A program made the position numbers and the translations under genes. The notes under the pieces are model-generated. The model ran no database searches. It saw only the letters and a program-made list of their open reading frames with translations, and was not told where the DNA came from. Of a stretch of DNA of 64,000 nucleotides, positions 23,726-37,462 are shown one piece after another. Origin of the DNA: Chiloscyllium plagiosum (taxonomy: Eukaryota); contig NC_057718.1 of the NCBI RefSeq assembly GCF_004010195.1, positions 80,665,187 to 80,729,186 of the forward strand, given 5' to 3'. Each line of letters starts with the position of its first letter. The stretch's first letter is position 1.

Positions 23726-25462
23726 ATAGAACACAGAAGAATACAGCGCAGGACAGGCCCTTCGGCTCTGACCTGTGAAATTGATCTAAAGCCCACCTAG
23801 CTGAAACTTTATTGCTGGAACAGCACAGCAGGTCAGGCAGCATCTAGGGAACAGAAGATTCGACCCCACCTAACCTACGCTATTCCATTATCATCTGTAT
23901 GTTTATCCAATGACCATTTAAATGCCCTTAAAGTTGGCAAGTCCACGACAGTTGCAGGCAGGCATTCCATGCCCTTACTACTCTCTGAGTAAAGAAGCTA
24001 ACTCTGACATCCGTCCTATATCTATGACCCCCTCAGTTTAGCCATCACCATCCAAGGGAAAAGGTTCTCACTGTCCACACTATCTAATCCCCTGGTCATC
24101 TTGTATACCTCTACTAAATTACCTCTTCACCTTGTTCTCTCTAATGAAAACAGCTTCAAAGTCCCTCCGCCTTTCCTCATAAGACCTTCTGTCCATACCA
24201 GGCAACATCCTGATGAATCGCTTCTGCACGCTTTCCAATGCTTCCACATCCTTCCTACTGGACTGTACAAAATACTCCTAGCTTTGTACAGCTGCAATAT
24301 GACCTGATGACTCCAAAACGCAATCCCTCTACCAATAAAAGCTAACACACCATACTTAACGACTGTACTTAACAATGCCTTCTTAACAATTCTATCAACC
24401 TGGGTGGCAACTTTCAGGGATCTACGCACGAACACCGAGATCTCTCTGCTCATCCACACTCTCAAGAATCTTACCATTAGCCCAGTACTCTGTATTCCTG
24501 ATACTCCTTCCAAAGTGAATCACCTCACACTTTTCTGCATTAATCTCCATTTGCCATCCGTCAGCCTAGCTCTGCAGCTTATCTATCTCCCTCTGTAACC
24601 TGCAACATCCATAACTCCACCGACTTTAGTGTCATCTGCAAATTTACTAACCCATCCTTCTACGCTCTCATCCAGGTCATTTATAAAAATGACAAACAGC
24701 AGTGACCCCTAAACAGATCCTTGCAGTACACCACTATTAACTGAACTCCAGAATGAACATTTCCCATCAACCACCACCCTCTGTCTTCTTTCAGTTAGTC
24801 AATTTCTGATTCAAAACCACTAAATCACCCTCAATCCCATGTCACCGTATTTTCTGCAATAGCCTACCATGGGGAAACTTATCAAATGCTTTACTGAAAT
24901 CCATATACACCACATACACTCATCCACCTGTTTGGTCACCTTCTCAAAGAACTCAAGAAGGTTTGTGAGGCACAACCTACCCTTCACAAAACAGTGTTGA
25001 CGATCCCTAATCAATTTATTCCTTTCTATATGATTATAAACGCTATCTATTATAATCCTTTCCAACACTTTACCTACAACCGAAGTAAGGTTCACTGGTC
25101 TATAATTAATAGGGTTGTCTCTACTCCCCTTCTTGAACAAGGGGACAACTTTTGCTATCCTCCAGTCTTCTGGCACTATTCCTGTAGACAATGACAACAT
25201 AAACATTAAAACCCAGAGGCTTAGCCATCTCCTCCTAGCTTCCCAGAGAATTCCAGGATAAATCCCATCTGGCCCAGGGGGTTTATCTTTTTTTACACTT
25301 TCCAGAATTGCTAACACCTCCTCCTTATGAACCTCAATCCCACCTGGTCCAATAGCCTGTATTTCAATATTCTCCTCAACAACATTGTCTTTTACCTGCG
25401 TGAATACTGACGAAACGTATTCAGTTAACACCTTTCCTATCTCTTCAGACTCCACGCATTTC
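23726..25462 (-). mobile_element. 5'-truncated CR1 LINE
   Basis: DKPPGPDGIYP...WRIAKVVPLFKKGSRDNPINYRPVNLTSVVGKVLERII...LCLTNLLEFFE; TTCTATG-type tail at ~23726. Confidence 0.93.
23800..23864 (-). mobile_element. 65-bp fragment related to family A, with 8-bp TSD, inside the CR1 3' UTR
   Basis: Reverse complement GTCGAATCTTCTGTTCCCTAGATGCTGCCTGACCTGCTGTGCTGTTCCAGC; CCCACCTA at 23792-23799 and 23865-23872. Confidence 0.75.
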
Positions 25463-26577
25463 AAGGCCCTAATACTACCACATTCTTAATCCCTTTCTGG
25501 AATTCACTTACTATTGCATGTTGAAAATTCCAGCTACCTAGCCTTTGGCTCTCTATTCACCCCTACATCTCTGCAGTAACTGATCTACTGTGCCACATCA
25601 TTAACTCTACCTTTGAAGTCCTAGGCCTCAATAAAGCTAATTTTGCTCTTACCTTTGTCTATTTTCCTTGCAGAGGTCAAAATATTATTTTTTCAAGGGC
25701 TTCTGTTGATATTTTTGTGAACTCTACTTTTTGATTTTAAGACTATGGTTTGGTTGTTGGAGGCCACTTTTTGGTTATTAGGGGTTACATTTAATTCTCA
25801 CTAACTCATTTATTAGGTGCACCTGTCACATGTCTGTGTTGGCATATAAGATGTTTGAACTTACAAACGAAATTAGAACAATTCATCAATATTCTAAATA
25901 ATGACAACTCTCCTAAACTTAAGGCTGCAACACACAAGGAAAACATTAGCTTCTGAGATGCTACTGTAGTTAAGTTGGTACAAGTTGGCAGGCATAAATT
26001 AACAAAAATATGTTTTACAAATAATTGACACTTATACAATCAAGAAGCTATCATCCTAAAGATGTCTGCCATAGACTGGTGAGGCCACAGCTAATGCATT
26101 TCCATTACACATGCAGAAAGTTTGAACATTTCACCCAGGTAGTTACAAACCTGCTTACTACATCTCAGATCTCAACCTCATATTTAAATTTAATAATTTA
26201 AATTTTATTACTGGAGGACCCACAATACCTTTTCCAAATGTACAGCCACTGAACATACATATTCTAAACATGCCACATTCATTTCAAGGAATTTATTACC
26301 TCTGTAAATTGAAGATTTTTTGGATTCCAGTTTATTAAGTTTTCCTTTGGATAACAGGTTTAAAACCGTACTCTCTTCTTTGCAGTCTCCCTCTCCCTCC
26401 AACCTTGAAATTTCCCTAAGTTCCCTCCCACCGCATATCTCTTACAACCTAATTTTCCTCACACAAGGCTTCTTGCCCCTTCTTCCACACAATATTATCC
26501 ATGCAACTAGTTCTTCCTCCTTTCTTGATTGGCTCTTGGCTGATACCCAACCAAGGACCTCGGACTCAGCAAAGGAT

Positions 26578-27190
26578 TGTTATGGACCAAACCAGACCCC
26601 CTCAATATATTTTAAGAAGGTAGTAGAGACCCTTTTTCTTATTTTTAAAAGCAAATGTAAAATGGCTGTTCCAGATGCAAAGCAGCTGGTCAAGTTACTC
26701 AATGTTAAGCAAAACACAATTTATTTAAGTGCAGTAGTTAAAATACAACCAAAGAAAGAGGAATTTCACTTAACTTAATTGGAAAACGTAACAGAATAAT
26801 AGATACTGTAACTATTACAACTAGTAACTATTACAAATTAATTCTTCCAATATAGCAACATCCCATAAACAAGCCCCTTGGCAAAAAAGGCAATTTCAGA
26901 TACAAATTCTCACTTGCAGTTCTCCCATTAGGAGGAAAAAACATCAAGAGAAATTTCAGAGAGAGTAGCAGCCAGGAGAGGTTCACTGAATTAATTTCCA
27001 ACTCTGTTGAGACCCAAACAGCTTCTGCTTAAATCTAAACATAAAAACCAAGAAATCCTGATCTGTGAGAGTTAGCCACACCCATTCAGACTATTTTAAA
27101 AAAAACCCAAGGTCTCCCATTGTTAACTCCAGTGATTCTGGTAGACTGCTCTGCCTCTGACTTACAACGTCTCTTCATCAGGGCTACATC
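26578..27190 (-). mobile_element. Probable solo LTR (Gypsy-type)
   Basis: TGTTATGG start and a ...CA end; AATAAA-type signal on the minus strand (TTTATTT at ~26720); non-coding. Confidence 0.5.
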
Positions 27191-27823
27191 AAGTTTGTTG
27201 AATTTGCCTATCAGTGTCTCAATGAAATGCCCCATTTATCTTTGAGCCTTCAGCCCGAAAGTTATAACCCTGAAGCTAAAACTTATTTTTTAAAGTATGA
27301 ATTAGGAACCAGATTTTTGCTGCACCTCACTATAATCTCTCTTGACTTCTCCTCCATTGCTAAATTATCAGACTGTTTGGTTTTGATGTTACACTTTCCA
27401 GTGAGATAAGGTAGGTGAAGTGGGAAATGCTCAGTTCACTTCTTCTAGTCCCTGTCATTTCAGCACACCAAATCAAGCAACAAGTGATGAAAATACCATC
27501 CCATCAGTGTTATGAAATAGGACTCCATTCTTAATGGATTTTGTAGAGCGAGATATCAGCCAGGAGAAGGGCGAGGCAATGAACTCAAAGTTTGTTTACA
27601 CCACCAATTCAAAGACTCCTTTTCATCTTATTCTCTGCTTAATTGTTATATCAGCCTGTAAAGGTTGAACAAACAAATGCTGACACCTCCAGAAGCAGAT
27701 TCTGCTTCTGCATGCAACTACGGTCTTGTTTGCAGACCTTTTCATCACCCTTGAACTACCTCCTCACATATAACTACACAAACTTCTAATCTATATTGAC
27801 TTCTGGTCAAACATGTTGTTATT

Positions 27824-27882
27824 TTAAAATTATTTTATATTTTGGTGAAAATCTAAAATTATTTTATACTTTGTTGAAAATC
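27824..27882. repeat. Two-copy tandem repeat of ~29 bp
   Basis: TAAAATTATTTTATATTTTGGTGAAAATC followed by TAAAATTATTTTATACTTTGTTGAAAATC. Confidence 0.85.
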
Positions 27883-28200
27883 CCTCCGTGCCCCTACATA
27901 TCTCTATAATTTTCTGTAGTTCCACAGTAGTCTGAAATATCTATACTCCTTTTAATCTGGCCTCTTGTACATTCCTGATTCTAATTCTCTACCATTTCTG
28001 GCCATGCTTTCAGTTGCCAAGGCTCTAAGTTCTGGAATTCCTTTTCTACACCTCTCTGATCTCTGTGTTAGCTCTTTCCTCTAGGATACTCCATAAAAAT
28101 TATCCCTTTGACCATATCATTTATGTGTTCAATATCCCACTTTGTTTTATATTTTCCTGTGAAGCATCATGTTAAAGGTACTGTATAAATATATTGTTTT
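27883..28200 (+). mobile_element. L2 LINE 3' end
   Basis: TCTGGCCTCTTG...GCTTTCAGTTGCCAAGGCTCTAAGTTCTGGAATTCC (AFS..PKFWNS-like) and a GTTAAAGGTACTGTATAAAT tail. Confidence 0.65.
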
Positions 28201-28237
28201 TGTATGGTTACTTATGGACCATGTTCTGAGCTAATTA

Positions 28238-28350
28238 GTAGCTGTGTTCCCTTCATTATCACAATGACTCCACTTGAAAAGCACTTAATTGGATGAAAAT
28301 TGCTTTATCCTGAGACGATGAAAAATACTTGATATATAAATGTTTCTATT
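28238..28350 (+). mobile_element. DeuSINE 3' tail fragment
   Basis: ACAATGACTCCACTTGAAAAGCACTTAATTGG...CCTGAGACGATGAAA...TATATAAATG. Confidence 0.55.
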
Positions 28351-28937
28351 TTTCGACATGTCTTTCAAAAATTGTAAGCTAGCCTGTTCCTGTTGCATTC
28401 AGTGCAAAGTTCTAGTAGTGCTTTTATATTACAGTGCTATTATCTGACTCTGATAACAGCATTGTAACATAAAGGAAGCATCACTATTATTTCTAGTAGG
28501 ACAAGATACAGTCTCACATGGGATTTATCTTCCTTCTGCGGGAAACTAAATACCTTTGGAGCAAGCACAAAAAGATAATGTGAATCATTGTATATGCTTT
28601 TACTGGCTGCTTTTATTTGATGTCAGGGAAGATCCTTGTCCATAAATTAACAATCAACTATTGGCACGACTGAAGTCATTGCTTTTGGTCCCCAGTCCAA
28701 ACTCCATTTCTTAGCTACCAACTCCATTCCAAATCAATTGTGCATGTACAGTCTCAACCACTTTTAAATATGCAATGTGATATGATCAAGGTAGATTCCA
28801 GAGGGTGGGAACATACTTAGCATTTTGCTGAGCTGACTTATAAAATGTGAAAGCAGAAGTTAGTATACAAAACATTCAAGATGTTTGTTTTTCACAAGGT
28901 GAGTATAAATTGTTCACTTCTCTAGATTTTTCCAATC

Positions 28938-29040
28938 AACTGATTGGGATGTTATTACATACTTCTGGAACACTTGGGACTTGGACCCAGGCCTTCTGGC
29001 TCAGAGGTAGGGTCAAATACCCATTGCACCACAAAAGCCT
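28938..29040 (-). mobile_element. Isolated tRNA-derived SINE head
   Basis: Reverse complement GGCTTTTGTGGTGCAATGGG...CTACCTCTGAGCCAGAAGGCCTGGGTCCAAGTCCC; similar to 38371-38470. Confidence 0.6.
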
Positions 29041-29289
29041 CTTTTTCACTTCTGTGATGCTGTGTGTTTCATCTCTTACACACACACACACACAACTCTT
29101 ACATCTGGTGTGCATGCATCTTAGCTCAAAAGAAAAGTAGTAAAAATGCCTACAATTTAGTACAAAGAAGAGGGGATCTGGAGTAGACCACACTATGCTT
29201 TTCAGTTGAGTCATATCTAGTCTCCATCTCAATTCCATTCACCCAATTTTCTTTGTATCCTTTGATGTCCTTGCCCAACAAAAGTACAT

Positions 29290-29385
29290 AAAATAAAAGC
29301 AGAAAATGCTGGAGAGACTCAGAAGATCTGGTAGTATTTTTGGAGAAAAAGAAACAGATTCAATGCTTAATGTCCAAAGGCTCTC
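29290..29385 (-). mobile_element. Decayed Penelope-derived short element
   Basis: AAAAGCAGAAAATGCTGGAGAGACTCAGAAGATCTGGTAGTAT resembles the family tail; the core is not recognisable. Confidence 0.5.
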
Positions 29386-30289
29386 CTTTGAAAAACAAAT
29401 TCTATCAATTTCAGCCTTGAAAATGTCAATTGGCCCAACAATCACAATGTTGTGAGGAGACAGTTTCATGTTTCTGTGATGCTTTGTTTGAAAAAGTTCT
29501 TCTTGATTTCATTGCCAAATTATTGCCACCAACTTTAAGTTTATACTCTTGGACTCTGCATTATCTACTAAATTAAATAGTGTTATGATTCCCAGAGTGA
29601 CCAACAAACCAAAAGAGCCAGTTTTATCAAACAACCCATTGAGAAAACAAATGGTCATGACTTCACCACTTCTAAATTTTCAATCAAACCAAAATGAAGA
29701 TAAGTTAAACATGAGATATCAGACAAATTTCAGCCAACATAATCTCAATGACTCTGTGACTCTATACACAACAATGACGTATCTCATGGATATACTAGGT
29801 AGTCCACAGCATACGTGGCTCTAATTTCAACTGTAACGTCCTTCAAAACTCCAAACTTTCTCTGGTAGAACTCCAGGTATCTGTTTCTTTGAAGATTTTG
29901 CCTAATCTGCAGCTGATAGCAGTAATCAACCAATTCAACTGCCACAGATGCAATTCTCACTAAAGTGGTACAAGTTAGCAGAACCTCCTCAATTCTGTTC
30001 ACAAAAGCCAAGATGATGTGAACCCACTGATGCTATCTTTAAATAACAGAAATAGCTGCAGCAACTGTCTACTTTCCGATTTCCAATTCCTGGATCCATC
30101 TTCCATTTTCTTTAGGCTTCCTGCACTGCCACCATCAAGATCCCCAGAAACCTGAAGATTCTGTTCCATTTCTGTTTGCATTTAATTTTTCCTAAAAATT
30201 AAAATGTTCAGTTTTCCTTTAAGCTTGCTGGAGTTTCAATTTCAGTTCCATTTAGGAGCTGTCTCAAAAAATACAAGATTATTTTCTAT

Positions 30290-30592
30290 TCATTCACAGA
30301 AAAAGGGTGTTATTGGCTCGGCCAATACTTATTGCCCTGTCTCAGTTAGCAATTCAGAGTCAACCACTTTCTGTGGGTCTGGAGGCACACATAGGCCAGG
30401 TCTGGTAAGGACAGCGGAGTTCCTTCCCTAAAGCGCATTACAGAGCAATCAACAATTGTCATCATTTGATTCTTAAATCCCGACTTTTATTAGATTCAAA
30501 TTTTTTAATGGTGGAATGCAAACCCAGAATATTAATCTGGGTTTCTGGATTAGTAGTCTAGCCATAATACCATTAGGCTATCACCTCCTCCA
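30290..30592 (-). mobile_element. SINE-like element with tRNA-like head, sharing sequence with the LINE 5' region at 34180-34290
   Basis: Reverse complement starts GGAGGTGATAGCCTAATGGTATTATGGCTAGACTACTAATCCAGA; GAGTCAACCAC...TCTGGAG...CCTTCCCTAAAG is shared with 34190-34270. Confidence 0.6.
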
Positions 30593-30609
30593 AATTCTGC
30601 CCAACTGTT

Positions 30610-31340
30610 CTTGACATCAGTGACTGATGGTGACATCAAAAAGCCCTAGCAAAACACAAGTAAATGGAAATCAGAGACAAAGCTCTCGATTTGTTCAAGT
30701 CATACCTCACACAAAGGAAAATGTTTGTGGTTGTGAGGGATCAGGCATCTCAACTCTCAGTTGATCTGTAGGAGGCCTCAGAGTACTGATCTCTGCCCAA
30801 ATATCTTCATTTGCTTCATCAATTACCTTCCTTACAGCATAAAATCAGAAGTGAGGATGATTACACAATGTTCAATATCGCTTGCAACTCCTTAAATGGC
30901 AAAAACTTTTGCAGCACAAAAGTGCCAGTCAATGACTAGATCCAACAAGAAAGAATTCAGCCAAAATGCTTGACATTGAACAACATTATCATCGATGACT
31001 CCCCCCTACTCCCCAACTATTAACATCCTGAGTATCACCACTGAGCAGTAATTGGACTGGCCATATAATCACAGTGGCTACAACAGCAGCTCAGAGACTA
31101 GGAATCCTTCACCGAGTAATTCATCTCCTGACTTCCTAAAGCCTATCCACCATCCACAAGGCTTAAATTAGGAGTATGATATTCTCCACCTATGAGTGCA
31201 GCTCCAGCAGATAAAATGACACTTGCACAAATATCAACTCTCTCTACCATCAGCACTCAATAGTAGCATTATAAGATGCACAAGATACACAAAAGAAATC
31301 CACCCAGACTCCTCAGACAACATCTTCCAAACCTGACCTT
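30610..31340 (+). mobile_element. Decayed CR1/L2-superclade LINE RT fragment
   Basis: Similar to the inverse of 31600-32400 (SYLTQRKMFVVV, IFICFINYLP). Confidence 0.7.
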
Positions 31341-31344
31341 TTTT

Positions 31345-34290
31345 TATTCACTCAAATAATGGCTATCCCTAATCGCCCTTGAGAAGGTGGTGGTAAGCTG
31401 CCTTCTTGGACCATTGCAGTCCACGTTCTTGTAATGACCACGCAGAGGGAATTCCAGGATTTTGACTTAGCAGCAGTGAAGGAATGGCAGTATGTTTCAA
31501 ACTCATGATGGTGAGTGGTTGGAAAGATAATTGCACGAAGTGGTGTTCCCATATAACTGCTGCCCTTGTCCTTCAAGATGTGAATTTGGTAGGTGCTGCA
31601 GTTAATTTCTGTGGTGCATATTGAATATATTATACACTGCTGCTACTACATATTGATGACGGAGGGAGTAAATGTCTGTGAATGTGGTGCTAATTAAGTG
31701 GACTGCTTTGTTCTAGATGCTTTCAAACTTTTGAGTGTTGTTGAAATTGCAGTCACCCAGGCATGTGGGGAGTATTCCATCACACACCTGACTTGTGCTT
31801 TTTAGATGGTGGACAGCCTTTGGTGAGTCAGGAGGTGAGTTACTCACTGCAGTATTCCTAGCCTCTCACCTGCTCTTCTTGCCATTGTTTTTATGAGTCC
31901 AGTTAAGTTTCTGATTAATAGTAACCACAAGAATATTGATAGTGGAAGGTTATGTGGTGGTGGTGGTGCCATTGAATGTCAAGGGACAGTGGTTATATTG
32001 CTTCATCTTGGAAATGGTCATTGTTTGGCATTTGTGTGGTGCAAATGTTACTTTCCATTTGTCAGCACAAGCTTGGATATTGTCCAGCTTTTGTTGCATT
32101 TGAACATAGACTGCTTTAGTATCAGAAAAGTTGTGAATGGTGCTGAGTATTGTACAGTCATCACTAAACATGTGCCCCCCTTCTGACCTTATGAAGGAGG
32201 GAAGGTCATTAATGAAGCAGCTGATTGTTGTTGGGTCTCGGACAGTACCCTAAGAAACTCCTGCAGAGATATATTGGAGCTGAGATAACTGACTTCCAAC
32301 AACCACAACAGTCTTCCTATGTGCCAGGTACAACTCCAGCCTGTAGACTGTTTTTCCCCAATACCTGTTGATTCCAATTTTACTCAGGATCCCCGATGCC
32401 ACATGAATATGGCCTTGATGTCAAAGGCTGTCACTCTCACTTCACCTCTGGAATTCATGTTTGAGACAAGGCTGTAATGAGATCAGGAGCTGAGTGGAGC
32501 TGGTGGAATCCAAACTGGGCACAAATGATTCAGTTATTGCCGAGCAGGTGATGCTTGATAGCACTGTTGATGACACCTTTCATCATTTTACCGATAATTA
32601 AGAGTATACTGATGAGGTGGTAATTGGCCAGGTTGGGTTTCTCCTACTTTTCCTGGGCAACTTTTAAAATTGTTGAATTTATGACAATGTTGTAATTGTA
32701 CTGGCAAAGCTTGGCTATCTGAGCGGCAAATTCTGGAACACAAGTCTTCAGTACAAATACCGGAATGTTGTCAGAGCCCATAATATTTTGCAGTATCTAG
32801 TGTGTCTAGATATCACATTGTATGAATTAAATTGGCTGATGACTGGTATCTGTGATGCTGGGAACCACTGAAGAAGTCTGAGATGGATCATTCATTTATT
32901 GCGTCTTGCTGAAGATTGCAAAGAATTCTTTTGCCTTATCTTTTGCATTGATGTGTTGGGCTTTTCCATCATTGAGGATAGGGATATTGTGGAGCCTGTC
33001 TTGCAGTGAGTGTTTTAATTGTCCATCATCATTTATGACTGGACATCGCAGAACTGCAGAGCTTATATATGATCTGTTGGTTGGGAGTTCAGTTAGCTCT
33101 ATCTATCACTTACTACTCATATTGTTCAGCGTGCAAGTAGTCCTGTTTGGTAACTTCACCAAGTTGGTGCCTCAGTTTTAGGTGTACCTGATCCTGCTCC
33201 TCACATGTCACCCTGCACTGTCTATTGAAGCAAGGTTGACCCCTGGCTTGATGGTAATGGTTGGGTAACGAGTGGGGGATATGCCAGGCCATGAGATTGC
33301 AAATTGTGCTGGAGTGCAATTCTGCTGCTGTTGAATAGCGCCTCATGGATACCCAGTCTTGAGTTGCTAGATTTGTTCAATGTATGTCCCATTTAACACA
33401 GTGATTGTGACACACAACACAGTGGAGATTATTCTCAATGTGAATGCGGGACTTTGCCTCCACAAGGACTGTGTAATGATCATTCTGATCAATAGTGTCA
33501 TAGCCAGATGCATCTGCAACCAGCAGATTGGTAAGAATGATGTCAAGTACAGTTTTCTCTCTTGTTGGTTCCCTCACCTACTATAGAAACAGTCTGGCGG
33601 CTACATCATTGAGGACCTGACTAGCCCAATCAGTATTGCTGCTGCCGAGCTATTGAAATCCCCAACAGAGTTCATTTTATGCCCATGTCATGCTTATTGC
33701 TTCCTCCAAGTGCTGTTCAGCATGGAGGACTACTGATTTACCAGCTGAGGGAGAGTGGTACATGGTAATCAGCAGGAAGTTTCTTTACCTATATTTAAGT
33801 TGAAGCCATGAGACTTCATGGAACATTGAGTCAATGTTGAGGACTCACAATGACTGTATACTACAAGGCAGCCACCTCTGCTGTGTCTGTCCTGCTGGTG
33901 GTACAGGACCAATCCAGGAATAGAGATGGCGGTATCTGGGACATTGCGCGGAAGGTATGATTTTCTGAGTATGACCATATCAGGCTGTTGCTTGACTGGT
34001 CAGTTCTCCCAATTTTGACACAAGCCTCCATATATTAATAAGGAGGATAGGGCAGGGTTTTCAGAATTGTTTCTGCCATTGTCTTTTCCAATGTATCTAG
34101 GTGGGCCATCAAGTTTCATTTCCTTGTTGAGACTTCATAACGATGAATACAACTCAGTGGCTTATTAAGCCATTTCAGAGGGCAGTTGGGAGTCAACCAC
34201 ATTGCTGTAGATCTGGAGTTACATGTAGCCCAGACCAGGTGAGGATGGCAGATTTCTTTCCCTGAAGGATATTAGTGAACTATTAGTAAC
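31345..34290 (-). mobile_element. Near full-length decayed CR1/L2-superclade LINE (APE endonuclease plus RT)
   Basis: EPTREKTVLDIILTN...DHYTV (APE end) and MFSDDCT...LDNIQACADKWKVTFAPHKCQTMTI (RT); 3' end AATAAAAAAA on the minus strand. Confidence 0.85.
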
Positions 34291-34399
34291 TACTACCATT
34301 AGAAAAAATTTCCCCTCTGAACATCCACTCAACATCCTGATTTGGAAATATATTGTTGTTCCTTCAGTATCACTTTTGGAAGTCCCTCCAAAACAGTAT

Positions 34400-37280
34400 G
34401 CAAACAGCCTCCCCGGTGCCAGGGTCTGGGATGTCACCCATCAGGTTTACAGGATTCTGAAGGAGGAGGGTGAGCAGCCAGAAATCGTGTACACATTGGC
34501 ACCAATGATATAGCCAGGAAAGGGATTGAGGATCTGACAAGTGACTACTGAGAGTTAGGTTGGAAGCTGAAGAGCAGGACGAGTAGAGTAGTGATCTCAG
34601 GTTTGCTGTCAGTGCCACGAGATAGTTAGGTGTGGAACAGTCAGCGAATGCAGCTTAACATGTTGCTGCGAGGCTGGTGCAGGAGGAAAGGCTTCAGATA
34701 ACTAGACCATTGGGATACCTTCTAGAGAAGGTGGGACCTGTACATGAAGGACGGGTTGCACCTGAACTGGAGGGGCACAAATGTCCTGGGTGGGAGATTC
34801 GCTTGTGTGATTCGGGAGGGTTGAAACTAGTTTGGCAGGGGAGTGGGAATCAGAGCCACAAATCTAAGAGGGGGGCAGTTGCAGATGGAGCAGTGACAGG
34901 ATATAGTGAATCTATCGGGAAGGTTTCTCATGTGATGAAACAAAGGGATCGGTTAAAGTGTGTCTGCTTTAATACAAGGAGTGTCAGAAATAAGAGTGAC
35001 GAACTTCGAGCATGGATCAGTGCTTGGGACTATGATGTTGTGGCCATAAAGGAGACGTGGGTTTCACAGGGGCAGGAATGGTTGCTAGATGTTCCAGGGT
35101 TTAGAACGTTCAAAAAGAATAGGGAGGTTGGAAAAAGAGGATGGGGTGTAGCATTGCTAATCGGAGAGTGCATCATAGCTACAGAAACAAAGGTGGTTGA
35201 GGAAGGTTTGTCGACTGAGTCAGTATGGGTGGAAGTGAAGAACAGCAAGGGCGCAGTCACCTCATTGGGGGCTTTCTACAGACCCCCTAATAGCAGTAGA
35301 GAGATTGAAGAATTCATAGGCGGGCAGATTCTGGAAAAATGCACATGTAGCAGGGTTGTTGTTATGTGTGATTCCAACTTTCCCAATATCAACTGGAACC
35401 TCCTAAGTGCAGATGATTTGGATGGAGCTGTTTTTGTCAGGTGTGTTCAGGAGGGTTTCCTTACTCAGTATGTAGACAGATCAATGGCAATGAGCCAGGA
35501 CAGGTGCCAAATCTCGTGGTAGGAGAACCCTTTGGTAACAGTGATCACAATTGCCTCACATTTACCATAGCCTTGGAGAGGGAAAGGAGCAGTTACCAGT
35601 TAATTGGGGAAAAGGAAATTATGACGCTATCAGACAGGAGTTGGGAAGTACAGACTGGGAGCAATTGTCCCACAGAAAGGGCACAGCAGAGATGTGGAAA
35701 CTACTTAAGGAGCAGTTGTTGCGAATGATACACGAATTTGTTCCTCTGAGACAGGTAAGAAGGGGTAAGATTAAGGAACCTTGGATGACGAGAACAGAGG
35801 AGCTTCTCGTCAAAAGGAAGAAGGCAGCTTACATGAGGAAGCAAGGATCTAACACAGCTTTAGAGGATTACAGACTTGCTAGAAAGGAGCTCAGAAATGG
35901 ACTGAGGAGAGTCGGGAGGAGGCACGAAAAAGGCTTGGCAATACATGAGGAATAAGAGAATGATCAGGGAGAAGGTAGGGTCAATCAGGGATAGCGTGGG
36001 GAACTTGTGTGTGGAGTCTGAGCAGGTAGGGGAAGCCCTAAATGAGCTTTTTGCTTCAGTTTTCACTCAGGAAAGGGACCTTGTTGTGAATGAGAACTTT
36101 GAGGAGCTGGGATACAGGCTTGACCAGATCAAGATTGATGAAATTAATGTGCTACAAATTTTGGAAAACATTAAGATTGATAAGTCCCCAGGGCCAGACC
36201 AGATTTATCCTAGGCTGCTCCAGGAAGCGAGAAAGGAGGTTGCTAAGCCGCTGGCGAAGATCTTTGCCTCCTTACTCTCCACAGGAGTCATACCGGAGGT
36301 TTGGAAGGAGGCGAATGTTGTTCCTCTCTTTAAGAAAGGTAACAGGGAAATCCCTGGCAATTACAGACCAGTCAGTCTTAAATCTGTGGTCAGCAAAGTT
36401 TTGGAAAGAATTCTAAGGGATAGGATTTATGACTATTTGGCAAAGCATACCGTGATTAAAGGCAGTCAGCATGGCTTTGTGAGGGGCAGGTCATGCCTCA
36501 CAAATCTTATTGAGTTCTTTGAGGAGATGACGAGACAGGTCTACAAAGGTTGAGCAGTGGATGTGATGTGGTGTATATGGACTTCAGCAAGGCATTTGAT
36601 AAGGTCCCCCATGGTAGGTTCATTCATAAAGTCAGCAAGTATGGGATGCAGGGAGTTTTGGCTATCTGGATTCAAAATTGGTTGGCTGACAGAAGGCAGA
36701 GAGTGGTTGTTGATGGAAAGTATTCTGCCTGGAGGTCAGTGTTGGGTGGGGTCCCGCAGGGCTCTGTTCTTGGTCCTCTGCTCTTTGTAGTCTTTGATAA
36801 GTGATTTGGATGGGGAGGTTGAGGGGTGGGTTAGTAAATTTGCAGATGACACAAAGGTTGGAGGTGCCGTCGATAGTATAGAGGGCTATTGCAGGCTGCA
36901 GTACGACATAGACAGGATGCAGAGCTGGGTTGTGACATGGCAGTTGGAGTTCAACCTGGATAAATGTGAAATGCATTTTGGAAGGTCGAACATGAATCCT
37001 GAATATAGGATTAAAGATGGGATTCTTGGCAGTGTGGAGGAACAGAGGGATCTTGGTGTGCACCCAAGTGGATAGGTTGTTAAGAAAGCATATGGTGCTT
37101 TGGCTTTCATTAACAGGAGGATCGAGTTTAAGAGCCGCAAGGCTTTGCTACTTCTCTACAAGTCCCTGGTGAGACTACACTTGGTGTCCAGTTCGGGTCG
37201 CCCTACTATAGGAAAGATACAGAGGCTTTGGAGAGGGTGCAAAGAAGGTTTACCAGGATGCTGCCTGGACTGGAGAGCTT
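34400..37280 (+). mobile_element. CR1 LINE: ORF1 esterase end plus most of ORF2, frameshifted
   Basis: HIGTND; LKCVCFNTRSVRNK...DVVAIKETW...YRPPNS; KSPGPDQIYPRLL...NYRPVSL...QHGFVRGRSCLTNL; DFSKAFDKVPH; GVPQGSVLGP; KFADDTK. Confidence 0.96.
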
Positions 37281-37462
37281 GCTAATCCACCTAACTTGCA
37301 CATCTTTGGACTGTGGAAGGAAACTGGAGCACCCAGAGGAAGGCCATGCAGACATTGGGAGGATGTGCAAATTCCACACAGACAGTTACCTGAGGGTGGA
37401 ATCAAATCCAGGTCTCTGGCGCTGTGAGGCAGCAGTGCTAACCGCTGAGCAACCACGTCACT
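37281..37462 (-). mobile_element. HE1-type SINE, 5' half
   Basis: Reverse complement GTGGTTGCTCAGCGGTTAGCACTGCTGCCTCACAGCGCCAGAGACC...CCACAGTCCAAAGATGTGCAAG. Confidence 0.88.

Noticed and set aside
28780..28910. Exon ending at AAG|GTGAGT (~28899)
   Set aside because: There is a good donor but no convincing acceptor or recognisable peptide.
29560..30250. L1 ORF1 remnant on the minus strand
   Set aside because: The resemblance is too faint to support without an alignment.
34677..37280. Intact, active CR1
   Set aside because: ORF2 is broken into several frames, has internal deletions and lacks its 3' end.
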